The translations under genes were made by a program, and so were the position numbers. A stretch of 64,000 nucleotides of DNA, taken from Nitrosopumilaceae archaeon. Lineage in GTDB: Archaea > Thermoproteota > Nitrososphaeria > Nitrososphaerales > Nitrosopumilaceae. Of this stretch, positions 49,419 to 59,462 are shown piece after piece (position 1 is the first letter of the stretch; every line of letters begins with the position of its first letter). Under the pieces are notes generated by a model, which was not told where the DNA came from, ran no database searches, and was given only the letters and a program-made list of their open reading frames with translations. The stretch spans positions 2,048,001-2,112,000 of the forward strand of contig CBDCCK010000002.1 of NCBI GenBank assembly GCA_965214835.1. The letters are read 5' to 3'.

Positions 49419-51136
49419 AGACCTTATGCGTAAACGAAATTAGCGGCGATGCCCCCGGCGCACGGGCTACAAATGAGGCAAGTCAGGGCCGGCGCACGCG
49501 CGACTGTACCTTACAACGTTGAAAATATTTGATCAAAACCACAACTATTTTCAGACGATTGATTTAGATCCGGGATCCATTCTCGCATAAGAGTAATGGC
49601 AAAGTCCGAGACCGAGCAGATACGACTGCTGAAGAAGAGAATCGAGCAGTACGAGAAGGAGAAGGTACAGGACAGGAAGGAGAAGGCGCGGGACAAAAAG
49701 AAGATCAAGAAGTATGAGAAGAGGATCAAGAGGCACGAGAAGAAGAGCAGGCAGGACAGGAAGGAGAAGGCGCGGGACAGGACGGAGAGGATGCAGTACA
49801 GGAAGGAGATCAGAGAGTACGAGAAGAAGAGCAGGCAGGACGGCAGGAGGCAGGAGCGGGATCAGGAGAGGATAGGGCAGCTGGAACAGCAGCTGGACGC
49901 CGAGCGCCGGATGTGGCCCGCAACCTGGGATGACGACAGGCGCTCCGCGGACAACGCCGCCCTCATGCACAGGCTCGAGGTGCTCGATGACATAATCGGT
50001 GGCGGGTCCCTGCAGCCCACCACGTCGATGAACCTCCGCCAGTTTGACTACATATATGACCGGTTTACGAAGCTTGCCAAAAAGCACACAGAAGGCCCCC
50101 TGTTCTCAGAAGACGAGGACAACTTGCCCGGAAACCGGTGCAAGCTGTCCTACCGCCACGCCCTGCTGATGTCGCTGATGCGCAAGTACGGAAACCCGAC
50201 ACAGGAGCAGCTTGCGGCATTCTTTGGCATAGACCAGAGCACCGTATGCAGGTACCTCAGGTATTGCGACATGATATTTCTCAAGATACTGCCCACGCCG
50301 GACGCCGTATCGCGAAAGATACGAAACGCCCGCACGATCAAGGAAGTCAAGAAGATCGTCCCGGATCTGACCGTGATTGTAGACGGCACGCACATCGACA
50401 TACAGCGCCCCATAGACAAGGAGCCAAGAAAGGAGGCATACTCTGGCAAGAAGAAGAGCTTTACGCGCAACACCCAGGTGATTGCCGACAAGAAGGGACT
50501 GGCGATGTATGCAAGCAAGTCGGCGCCCGGAAGCACGCACGACCTCACCATGATAAAGAACAACCCACCGGATCTGGGAATCCTGACTGCCAGGATGCGC
50601 AGCAACAGAAAGCACCCCGAGGACGAGAAGGTAAAGATGTTCTCTGATCTGGGATACATGGGAATCGAGGAGGTGTATCCCGGGGCCACATCCGTGCAGC
50701 CCGACAAGAAGCCAAGGAAAGGCAAGCTTACAAAGAAACAGAAAGCGCAGAACAGGAGGATAAGCAGCAAGAGGGTGACAGTAGAGCACGCCATAGGACG
50801 GATAAAGCAGTACAAGCGGATGCGTGATCCGTACGACGGGACCGCCGAGGAGTTCGACAGGGAGTTCCAGGTGACGGCCGGGCTTGCCAACTTTAGGCTG
50901 CTGTGGGACAAGCGGAACAAGAAGCTCATGCATGGGTTCTGATACCACGATACGGAGCGCATTGCGGCGCCACACGATGCCGCACTATACTGTAGTTTTT
51001 ACCAGCTGTAATGGCTCGTAGCTGCACTATATACGGACTCTGCCGCCCTCATACACGTCATGTGATGCCGTCAGCCTTGCATGTATGGCCGGCCACCGTC
51101 GGAATATTTCGATCCGGTCGATTACGCATAAGGTCT
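49419..51136 (+). mobile_element. IS5-family (ISL2/PIF-Harbinger-like) element, intact
   Basis: TIR AGACCTTATGCGTAA; 3-bp TSD ATG. Confidence 0.93.
49596..50942 (+). CDS. Transposase (DDE_Tnp_4-like) with charged repeat N-terminus
   Basis: FGIDQSTV HTH, VDGT, YSGKKK, PGSTHD, DLGY, RVTVEHAIG. Confidence 0.93.
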   Translation: MAKSETEQIRLLKKRIEQYEKEKVQDRKEKARDKKKIKKYEKRIKRHEKKSRQDRKEKARDRTERMQYRKEIREYEKKSRQDGRRQERDQERIGQLEQQLDAERRMWPATWDDDRRSADNAALMHRLEVLDDIIGGGSLQPTTSMNLRQFDYIYDRFTKLAKKHTEGPLFSEDEDNLPGNRCKLSYRHALLMSLMRKYGNPTQEQLAAFFGIDQSTVCRYLRYCDMIFLKILPTPDAVSRKIRNARTIKEVKKIVPDLTVIVDGTHIDIQRPIDKEPRKEAYSGKKKSFTRNTQVIADKKGLAMYASKSAPGSTHDLTMIKNNPPDLGILTARMRSNRKHPEDEKVKMFSDLGYMGIEEVYPGATSVQPDKKPRKGKLTKKQKAQNRRISSKRVTVEHAIGRIKQYKRMRDPYDGTAEEFDREFQVTAGLANFRLLWDKRNKKLMHGF

Positions 51137-51338
51137 ATGCTTTCTGGACCTTTTGACAACGCATCGTCTTCTATGGCCGTTTTTGATGCTACAGAAGAAG
51201 AAGCTAGGGCATTTTATAAAAAATATGAGGATATCTGCTCTGGAATCTTGACCTATGAATTGTATCAATGGGACGCAATGCCAATTCTGTCAGTCTTATC
51301 CAAATGACTGGCTAACCCCTATTATTTTTGAGATCGAA

Positions 51339-51485
51339 TTGAAAAGCGAACTATGCAGAATATGTGGATGTGAAATTAAAGAATACTCAAAGTGCAGCCA
51401 ATGCAAACTAGTTATTTCTACCATCTGCAAATGTTGTAATGCAATTGAAGAGATTCAAACCCACACTCATTCCTCAATTGCCTGA
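51339..51485 (+). CDS. Small zinc-ribbon protein
   Basis: Three CxxC motifs plus HTH tail; TTG start. Confidence 0.6.
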   Translation: MKSELCRICGCEIKEYSKCSQCKLVISTICKCCNAIEEIQTHTHSSIA

Positions 51486-51534
51486 CAAAATTTTAGAAAA
51501 TAAGAGAATTGAAAACCAGGTTGACTCATGCCAA

Positions 51535-52135
51535 TATAGCAACGGCCACAAGTAATTGAGGGCCTTGACCGGCGATCTGTAAGTGTACGTGTACATGCAA
51601 AGGCGGGCAAGCGACACCGTCCTGTAATATTCGGATATGGCATGCCGCAGCTTGCTGACCTTTCTGTACACTACCCCCCTGAAAACGGCATGCTTGCCCA
51701 AGTTCCAGCATTCTTCCACGACATTGAGGTACGGCGATCCCTTTGGGATCATTGTCAGCCTGACATCGGGATGGCCCGCCAGATATTCTGCGACGGCAGC
51801 AGATCTGTGCACGCTCCACCTGTCGCAAAAGACTGCAACCCTGCCAGACTTCGCGCAGCGCCTCCAGACATTGTATGAACTGCATCGACGTAGACGATCC
51901 CGTAAACGTCATGAACAGCCTTCTGCCGTCTTCTGCGATGCTTCCAAACACGGCCACCTTTGTGTGGTCCCCCGAATACGATGCCACGCTTCTGGTGCCG
52001 ACCGGCCCATACGCATCTGTCGTATGAGCCCTGATCTTTTTGTAGGCTTTGACATCCTTTTCTTTGCGCATGGCCCCTGATAGGCTGTCTGTTTCTTTTT
52101 CCATGCCTACTGCGCCGGTTATGTGATCATCATAC
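51535..52135 (-). mobile_element. IS630-family remnant
   Basis: PKGSPYLNVVEECW motif, TATAG-type end, frameshifts and internal deletion; far boundary approximate. Confidence 0.75.
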
Positions 52136-52871
52136 CTTTCGAATGAACCCTGTTTTGACTCAAAGACTTCTGCTCGTTGCCACATCTGTGTTCAAACTGC
52201 ATTGAACAAAACAAAGAGAAATTACAGATGCGCCCAGTAACCGTTTCGACAATTTTTTAGAAAAATTTGAACAAATGGAAGTAGGGACATTTTCAACTTT
52301 TGTTTCATAACATGAGAAAAAGACACAGGATTAAGTATGCCAGTCTGACTACTTTTGATGATGACTAGAAATCTAACCGTATTCATGACAGCAGTCTTGA
52401 TGGTTGGGATTGCAGGACTGTCTGGAAATCTAATTCCGGAAGCTGAAGCCGTTAAAGCCAAAGGCGTACCGTCATCCGGTACTGGTTCTGCCTCTCAAAT
52501 CTGCGGACTTGCTATGTGCTCTGAATATCCGGGCGGAAAAGAAGCATATCAGGCAAACTGGTTTAAAGCATACTTGAAAGCCCCAAGCGTCTCAGTTGGT
52601 TCTACTCCGATGCATTCTGATGATCACTCTGACCATAAGGCAGGAAAAATCGTACCGACTGCACGTACTGCAGACTCTGAGTATCCGGCACAACTAGATG
52701 TTTTTATCCACAAGTTCGAGTTGGACAAGATCTCGGCTGAAGAAGCTCTAGATGGAATCAAAGAGGTGCATGGTGCATATGTTGGTGTAGGAATCTCAAA
52801 TGACATCATCGACGATGTGGGTGATAAGCTAAGTCTCTACGACAGGGGAACTCTCAGCGTTGAGGATACAA

Positions 52872-53382
52872 TCGAGGCAGTTCACCTGTCGGCCGAGCCG
52901 CAAAACGTAAACCCCGAGTACCAGGGCGCATTGGACGAGGTAATACACAAGTTCGAACTGGACAAGATCTCGGCTGACGAGGCCATTGACGGCATCAGGG
53001 AGGTGCATGACGGCTTTGTTGGGCTGTACATCACGTCTGATCTGATTGAGGCAGTTGACGTAATCATCGGCCACATCGACTCCGGCAGACTGTCCGGAGG
53101 TGATGCAGTCGAGGCAGTTCACCTGTCGGCCGAGCCGCAAAACGTAAACCCCGAGTACCAGGGCGCATTGGACGAGGTAATACACAAGTTCGAACTGGAC
53201 AAGATCTCGGCTGACGAGGCCATTGACGGCATCAGGGAGGTGCATGACGGCTTTGTTGGGCTGTACATCACGTCTGATCTGATTGAGGCAGTTGACGTAA
53301 TCATCGGCCACATCGACTCCGGCAGACTGTCCGGAGGTGATGCAGTCGAGGCAGTTCACCTGTCGGCCGAGCCGCAAAACGT
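52872..53382 (+). repeat. 237-bp tandem duplication (79-aa unit)
   Basis: Identical-looking units start at 52872 and 53109, with a partial third at 53346. Confidence 0.93.
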
Positions 53383-53482
53383 TGATCCAGAGTTTATTGG
53401 AGCAATAGATGAACACCTGCACAAGTTTGAATTAGATAAAATGTCATCTGAAGATGCCATGGCAGGTGTCATTGAAGTACAT

Positions 53483-54850
53483 CAGTAGTTGAAAATGTAC
53501 CCCATAAATCCGTCTAGCCGGGATCATGCCGCCGTCGCCCCACCCCGATCCTGTCGGCATCCGGCGCACGGAGGCAGCACGAATACAGGACCACGGCATA
53601 CATCAGAGTCAGCAGCGCCATGACGCGGGTCTTTGGGTCTCCCGAGTCCCTCATTGTCAGCCATATGTTGCATACTGCAAGCGACATGTAAAACAAAAGC
53701 ACACGCAGGACAGGATTCCTGCTGACGGTCCGCGGCCTGACGCTCTTGGCACAGCGGTATCCGGTCTCTATGCCCCACCTGTTCCGGTACTCTCTTGTCA
53801 CATGGCAGAACAGCTGCCGATAGCTGCAGCAGCGCACCGTGGTCGCAAACACGTGGTATCTGTCAAAGACGTTCTTTGCCTTGGACCTTGGGATCTTCTT
53901 GATGACCAGCGTGAACGTGAACTCTTTGCCGTCTGACGACCTCATGGTATACCTTGATACTGCCTTTCTCTTGCCGCGGGCGCGCTGCACTATGGCCCTC
54001 TTTATCCCCGGTGTCTTGACTGCGGGCATGATGAATGCAAACCCGGGTTCGGATATGGCATCCATTACATCGACCGAAAAGAACCCCCTGTCAAGCAGGA
54101 TGACGCTGCGCCTTGACCCAAGCCTGGGCGTAATGCCCAGATCGGCGCATTTTTTGAGCATATTACGCACCAGATCGGCCTGTTTGTCGCCCTCGGTCAC
54201 CATGCGGCAGGCCGTATGCACGTCGGCGCCGGCCTTGGATGTCAGCTTGCATGTCATGTACTGCTCATAGTTGATGGTGCCCCTGTCGCGCTTTGACTTT
54301 ACCAGGTGCTTTATGTCGGTTTTCTTGTCGTATCTGGGCAGCTTGGTCTCGTCTATGGCAAGGACAGGCGCCTTGTGGCTCCTTTGGAGGGAGCAAAGCT
54401 GCCTGCCCACCGCCTCGGCGGCCGTGTAATGCAGCATTGCATCGCACCTTTTCTCCATCGTGGACAGTCTTGCGTGCCCCAGCTTTGCAAGAAGCCAGGC
54501 CGAGCTGGGCACCGCGGCCCCGGCGCCTTCTGATGCAAGAAGTGCAAGCTTTTGGGCGGTATAGTGCGCACATGCGGAACGCTCCGACATGGATGCAATC
54601 AGGCGGGAGGCGTCTTCCAGGCCCCACATGGCGTTGTGTCTTGAGGAGAACTTGATTTTCAGCATGCCTACTGCGGTAACCAAGAATTTAAATCCGGCCT
54701 CACCGTACCTTGTGTGGTGTTTCTGTTGGGTTTGGTTCATTATCAAGGTAGACAGGAACACCGCTGTTTATAGCTCGATTGGTGAAAAAATCATGTCAAC
54801 TTGTTCAAAACATTCAGACACTTAAAAAGGGGGTACATTTTCAACTACTG
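53483..54850 (-). mobile_element. ISH3-family element, intact
   Basis: 21-bp TIR CAGTAGTTGAAAATGTACCCC; 5-bp TSD TACAT. Confidence 0.92.
53514..54761 (-). CDS. ISH3/IS4-like transposase
   Basis: LAIDET, LLDRGFFS, YRNRWGIETGYR. Confidence 0.92.
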   Translation of the reverse strand: MFLSTLIMNQTQQKHHTRYGEAGFKFLVTAVGMLKIKFSSRHNAMWGLEDASRLIASMSERSACAHYTAQKLALLASEGAGAAVPSSAWLLAKLGHARLSTMEKRCDAMLHYTAAEAVGRQLCSLQRSHKAPVLAIDETKLPRYDKKTDIKHLVKSKRDRGTINYEQYMTCKLTSKAGADVHTACRMVTEGDKQADLVRNMLKKCADLGITPRLGSRRSVILLDRGFFSVDVMDAISEPGFAFIMPAVKTPGIKRAIVQRARGKRKAVSRYTMRSSDGKEFTFTLVIKKIPRSKAKNVFDRYHVFATTVRCCSYRQLFCHVTREYRNRWGIETGYRCAKSVRPRTVSRNPVLRVLLFYMSLAVCNIWLTMRDSGDPKTRVMALLTLMYAVVLYSCCLRAPDADRIGVGRRRHDPG

Positions 54851-55905
54851 TACATGGAGGCTTTACTTCCCTTTACATCACATCAGATCTTATTGACGAT
54901 GTTGGCACACAGATCAGCATCTACAATTCTAGAAATGATTCTGTAGAACACGTATTGCATGAGGTTCATGAAATAATCGAAGAGGTAGAAGCTGAAATGG
55001 CCGCAATGCGCGCTGTAGGTGGTGAAATGCCTGTCAAAGAATTGCCTCCAAACACCGTTGACATGCCAGTAGGCTCTGGCATTCCGGGATGTGAGGAAAA
55101 TGACATGTGCTATACGCCAACACATCTTACTGTTCACGTAGGGGATACTGTGACCTGGATTAACTCCGACGGTTCAATTCCTCACACCGTAACAGCAGGC
55201 TGGCCTGATTCAGACTCGATCGGTACTGACTATCCAGGCGGACATGGATTCGACAGTGACTTCATGTCAGGCGGCGCAACATTCGAACACACGTTCGAAG
55301 AGCCGGGAGAGTATGATTACTTTTGCCTGTTGCATCCATGGATGATCGGCAGCGTCACTGTAGAATAGGAGCCCTTCTTTTCTTTTTATTTTTACGAACC
55401 GCAGCAAGAACCAACTGAACGAACTGGCTTTACATGCCCGCCCATTTTTTCGCCGTTTACTGACTTGATAAGAACTGTTTTAGATTTTGAAACCTCCGTG
55501 ATGAATCCACACATTAAACTGGAACAAAATTACGCTGTTTTATGACCAGAGTGGAAATGCGGTAAGGGTCGGTGGCCACATACTGGATTTGTCTACACGT
55601 GCCTAATCCTTGTTCCCAGGACTCGTTATAACAGTCGGGGGTTTTTTTTGACAATCTGTCGAATAATTTCATGGATTGTGTCCGTCTTGCCGGCATTTGG
55701 ATCGGGTTGGCATGCATTATGTGCCCATTTGATCAAAATTTGCTAATTTCGAATCAACTCTCTGTAGTACGATCTTATGCCGTCTCTCATACGTCAACAG
55801 GCGCGTCCATCGTTAATTAACAGTATGAAAAGTCAATCAAAAAGGGGTCGTTTGTCTATATAATTTGAATACCCCCCTTATGATCATATCTTAGGACACT
55901 GATTC

Positions 55906-56112
55906 ATGTTTGAATCCAGCGTCTTTTTCACAAAGATGGTAGACGAGCTAGTAGAGTTCTCCGAGTACGACCCGGAGCTGGCCAGCGGCATAAGGTGGCT
56001 AGATGATCAGGCGCAGAAAAAGGGCGTCACGCTATATGACGTGGTCTTTGAGGTGCTCTACAGGCATGACGTGAACTCAAAGGCAAAAGAATGGATGCGT
56101 TCTAGAAACTAG
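55906..56112 (+). CDS. Small hypothetical protein
   Basis: 68-aa ORF with normal composition, convergent on the citrate synthase gene. Confidence 0.7.
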   Translation: MFESSVFFTKMVDELVEFSEYDPELASGIRWLDDQAQKKGVTLYDVVFEVLYRHDVNSKAKEWMRSRN

Positions 56113-57290
56113 GGGATTTCTTTTCTCAAGTCCAGCGGCTTGTACTCGCAGCCCTCCGGACCGCAGTACTTTCCGACATATACTGCCTTTGGCCTGTACA
56201 GTGCCGGCTTTGGCGCAGCCTCTGCAAACTTTTCCTCTATGATGTGCGCCGCCCATCCTGCAACCCTAGATATTGCAAAGATTGGAGTGTTAAGATCCAT
56301 CGGTATGTCCAGCATGTAGTATATTGACGCGCTGTAAAGGTCCACGTTGGGATAGATGTCCATGCCCTTTTGTGACTTTATCTCCGCAATCGTTGCGGTC
56401 TCCACCCTCTCTGTCATCTCAAACCAGGCCTGGCCCGTCTTTTTTGCAAGCTTGGCTGACAGCTTCTTTAATACGGATGCCCTGGGATCGTATGTCTTGT
56501 AGACTGCGTGACCCATGCCCATGATCCTCTGGCCCTGCCCCATCCTCTGCCTTATCCAGGGAACCACGTTCTCGACCGTCTTGATGTCTAGCAGCATCTT
56601 CATCACCTCATAGTTTGCGCCGCCGTGCAGCTCCCCGCTCAGCGCCCCGATTGCGGCGCTGACTGCCGAGTACATGTGCGCCCTGGTGGAGGCAACCTGC
56701 CTTGCGGCAAACGTCGATGCGTTAAACGTGTGATCCGCGTGCAGGATCAGGCAGGTATCAAAGATCCTGGCAGTCTCCACGTCGGGGGTCTCCCCAGTCA
56801 GCATGTTGAGAAAGTTTGCGGCATGGTTGAGCCCCGGATCCGGATCCACGATCTCCTGCCCGTTTCTGATCCTCTGCCAGCTGGCAACTATCGTGGGAAC
56901 CTTTGCTATCAGGTTGATTGCTCTGTCGTAGCTTGACTCTTTGTTGTAAAACTCCTCGTCATAGTATCCTGCAAGAGCTGCGACGAATGCCTGCAGCATG
57001 TCCATGGGATCTGCGTCCCTTCGCCAGTTGCCCATGTTGGTCTGCATCTGCTTTGGAATCCACCTGGCCTCGTTGAGCTTTTTTGTAAAGTCTGCCAGCT
57101 GGTTTTTTGTCGGCAGCTCGTCGTGCAGCAGCAAAAACGCAGTCTCCTCAAAGGTCGAGTTCCTGACAAGATCAAAGATGTCGTATCCCCTGTAGATGAG
57201 CTTTCCCTCCTCACCGTTGATGTTGGACACGCGCGTGTCGGCCACCGGTATTCCACGAAGGCCTATGTTTTTTGTCTCCATGACCGACAT
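56109..57290 (-). CDS. gltA: Citrate synthase
   Basis: HADHTFNASTF, LHGGAN, MGMGHAVYK, YPNVDLY. Confidence 0.95.
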   Translation of the reverse strand: MSVMETKNIGLRGIPVADTRVSNINGEEGKLIYRGYDIFDLVRNSTFEETAFLLLHDELPTKNQLADFTKKLNEARWIPKQMQTNMGNWRRDADPMDMLQAFVAALAGYYDEEFYNKESSYDRAINLIAKVPTIVASWQRIRNGQEIVDPDPGLNHAANFLNMLTGETPDVETARIFDTCLILHADHTFNASTFAARQVASTRAHMYSAVSAAIGALSGELHGGANYEVMKMLLDIKTVENVVPWIRQRMGQGQRIMGMGHAVYKTYDPRASVLKKLSAKLAKKTGQAWFEMTERVETATIAEIKSQKGMDIYPNVDLYSASIYYMLDIPMDLNTPIFAISRVAGWAAHIIEEKFAEAAPKPALYRPKAVYVGKYCGPEGCEYKPLDLRKEIP

Positions 57291-57337
57291 GTGCCGAAAT
57301 TACTATTAATTTCTTGCATTGTTTTGGCGTGTGTAGC

Positions 57338-57585
57338 GGGGTTGTTTCCTAACTTCACCTGCCTGACTCAATCTGCATGTTTTTCTGAATTTTCGCCCTT
57401 TTACACGACTGATCCATGTGACATCACAGCGGTTTTCGGGAATTCTGGCGAATTGTGAAACAACGTAACAGGTCGGGCTCTGGGAGTTCAGGCGTGGATT
57501 TTACCACCTCGGGAGGCCTCCTGAGTATATTCGTACCTGAAATCAGGAACAACTTCCAGAATCCGAGCTGTTACGAAACAACCCT
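57338..57585. mobile_element. MITE family E with a nested family C MITE
   Basis: Matches 35689-35818; 9-bp TSD GTGTG(T/C)AGC. Confidence 0.85.
57465..57574. mobile_element. IS66-type MITE family C (110 bp)
   Basis: GTAACAG...CTGTTAC; TSD GAAACAAC; decayed further copy from about 57590. Confidence 0.87.
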
Positions 57586-58219
57586 GTGTGCAGCAGCTCG
57601 GGATCTGGAAGCTCAGGCGTGGATTTTACCACCTCGCAGGCCTCCCAGACAACACCTCTGGCCAGCAGGAAGGTTTGGAAAAACCATGGCACAAAGATCA
57701 CGGTACCATTTTTTATTTGGAGGCATAGTGACGAATAAGGCTGTTCAAACACGCGATAAAAACACCCCTGCCGTAATCATGGTGATCGAGGCCCTGACCG
57801 GCAGTATCGCTTAGGGGGTAAACCCATACCCTAAAGGTGGGTGAAGGCCTACTGCCTTTGAGGAGGGGCTGCTCAACTGCGGAATCGAGCTGATAAACTC
57901 CAGGCCGTATCACCCGCAGACCAACGAAGCTGGAGCGCTTCCACCGGAGCATTGAGGGGGAGATATGGAACCGCGAGGGCCTGCCTGCATGTATCGGCTA
58001 CTATAACGAGGACAGGCTGCACTGGTCGCTGGATATCGACAACCATGAGACGCTACTGCGGGCATTCTGTGACAAAAAAACCACAGGTGCGATCAGGAAA
58101 AGCGACCCAAAATGGATGGAGGATGCCGGCGATGGTACGACATAATTTGGTGAGGACCCCATAAAATTCGAACCACCCAAATGCGTAGAATTTGTATGTG
58201 ACAGGAGGGCATACGGGGC

Positions 58220-58507
58220 ATGAAAAAACAAAAGTTCACATTGGCCGAAAAAACAGACATAGTGATGGAGTCCATCAAGACCAGCATCAGCACTGCCGAG
58301 CTGTGCCGCAAGCACAACATCGCGCCCACCACGTTTGGCAGGTGGATGGACAGGTTCGTCGAGGGCGGCAAGGCATCCATCCTGGGCCGGAATGACAAGG
58401 CAGCGGCTGCCCTGCAAAAGGAGAACCAGAATCTCAAACGCATCATAGGCGAGTATGCAGTGGCCTGTGACGCTTTAAAAAAAACAATGGAGCTGAGCAA
58501 AGGATGA
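58220..58507 (+). CDS. IS3 OrfA
   Basis: Identical protein to 27758-28045. Confidence 0.92.
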   Translation: MKKQKFTLAEKTDIVMESIKTSISTAELCRKHNIAPTTFGRWMDRFVEGGKASILGRNDKAAAALQKENQNLKRIIGEYAVACDALKKTMELSKG

Positions 58508-59340
58508 ATGCCGTACAGATCTGCCACCAGAAGATGAGCCTCAATACAGCCCTGGAATACTGCGGCGTCTCAAAGGGCACCTGGTATTACGCCAGGAAGG
58601 ACGCCGACAGACGAGCCAGAAAAGCCGACCCCGGGACGGTCTCAATCATACGTACCATAGGCAAGAAAAGGCCGACGTACGGAACCCGGAGGATGGCAAA
58701 CCAGATATTGCGCGAGACTGGCGTGCGCGTAAACCGCAAAAAGATACAGCGAATCTACCGCCAGATAGGCTGGATCGAGCCCAAAAAGACCAAAAACGAC
58801 ATAATACGGGCCTCGCGCAAGCTTACAAGGCCAGATGCCCCCAACCGGCTGTGGCAGGCAGACATCACATACGTGGACTGCGGCGGGGACGGCTGGTGCT
58901 ACTGTTTCAACGTACTTGATGCCTTTTCGCGCAGGTGGCTTGCATACTCCTTTGATACCACGGCGCAAAAGGAGAATGCGGTTCAGGCCGTACTCGATGC
59001 GGTATCGGCAGCAGATCCGGACTGCAGCATGCTGACCCTGCGGACAGACAACGGTTCTCAGTATACGTCGCGCATGTTCAGGGAGTCCCTGAAACAGCTG
59101 GGAATAAGACACGAGCTCATAGCATACAGGACGCCAGAACAAAACGGCCACATAGAGTCGTTTCACGGAAGCATCAAGAGGGAATACCTGTGGCCCCATG
59201 AATTTGACTCCTTCCAGGACGCCTCAGACGTCATAAGGGAGGCATTTAGGGACTATAACCATGACAGAATACACTCCTCACTTGGATATCTCACTCCGAT
59301 GGAGTTCGTCGTACGGCACCAAAGGGAGGCAGGCAAATGA
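58504..59340 (+). CDS. IS3 OrfB
   Basis: Identical protein to 26925-27761. Confidence 0.95.
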   Translation: MNAVQICHQKMSLNTALEYCGVSKGTWYYARKDADRRARKADPGTVSIIRTIGKKRPTYGTRRMANQILRETGVRVNRKKIQRIYRQIGWIEPKKTKNDIIRASRKLTRPDAPNRLWQADITYVDCGGDGWCYCFNVLDAFSRRWLAYSFDTTAQKENAVQAVLDAVSAADPDCSMLTLRTDNGSQYTSRMFRESLKQLGIRHELIAYRTPEQNGHIESFHGSIKREYLWPHEFDSFQDASDVIREAFRDYNHDRIHSSLGYLTPMEFVVRHQREAGK

Positions 59341-59462
59341 TGATGCCAGAGCTACGCAAAAACGCCCAAAAAGTGGTTCGAAAATACGGGGTCCAGATCA
59401 AATTTTCATATAATACACAACACCGGGCGCGGCTCAATGCTATTAAATGAGCTAGGGTTTTC

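Larger units (their letters stand above)
49284..51307 (+). pseudogene. 100-aa YciI-like protein split by an IS
   Basis: 49284-49418 joins 51140-51307 in frame: ...WHANGKIM|LSGPFD... Confidence 0.8.
52358..55368 (+). pseudogene. Secreted His/Glu helical-repeat plus cupredoxin protein (about 545 aa), split by an ISH3-type IS
   Basis: 52358-53482 joins 54856-55368 in frame (...IEVH|GGFTSLYITSD...); signal peptide; PHTVT and YFCLLHPWM type-1 Cu ligands. Confidence 0.9.
58148..59400 (+). mobile_element. IS3-family element, copy 2 (1253 bp)
   Basis: Same ORF translations as copy 1; TSD AATT. Confidence 0.95.
57870..59417 (+). mobile_element. IS481-type 3' remnant with IS3 inserted in its right end
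   Basis: RPYHPQTN/KLERFH, YYNEDRLH; terminal ...TAATACA resumes after the IS3. Confidence 0.7.

Noticed and set aside
57478-57645. Direct repeats and a long hairpin as a CRISPR or ncRNA
   Set aside because: Explained by two adjacent copies of MITE family C
57811-57834. TTAGGG...CCCTAA hairpin as an IS200/IS605 end
   Set aside because: No TnpA or TnpB remnant recognised nearby
58144-58152. Apparent extra GG outside the IS3 terminus with a 5-bp TSD
   Set aside because: Aligning the IRs places the end at TGGTGA, giving canonical TG...CA ends and 4-bp TSDs
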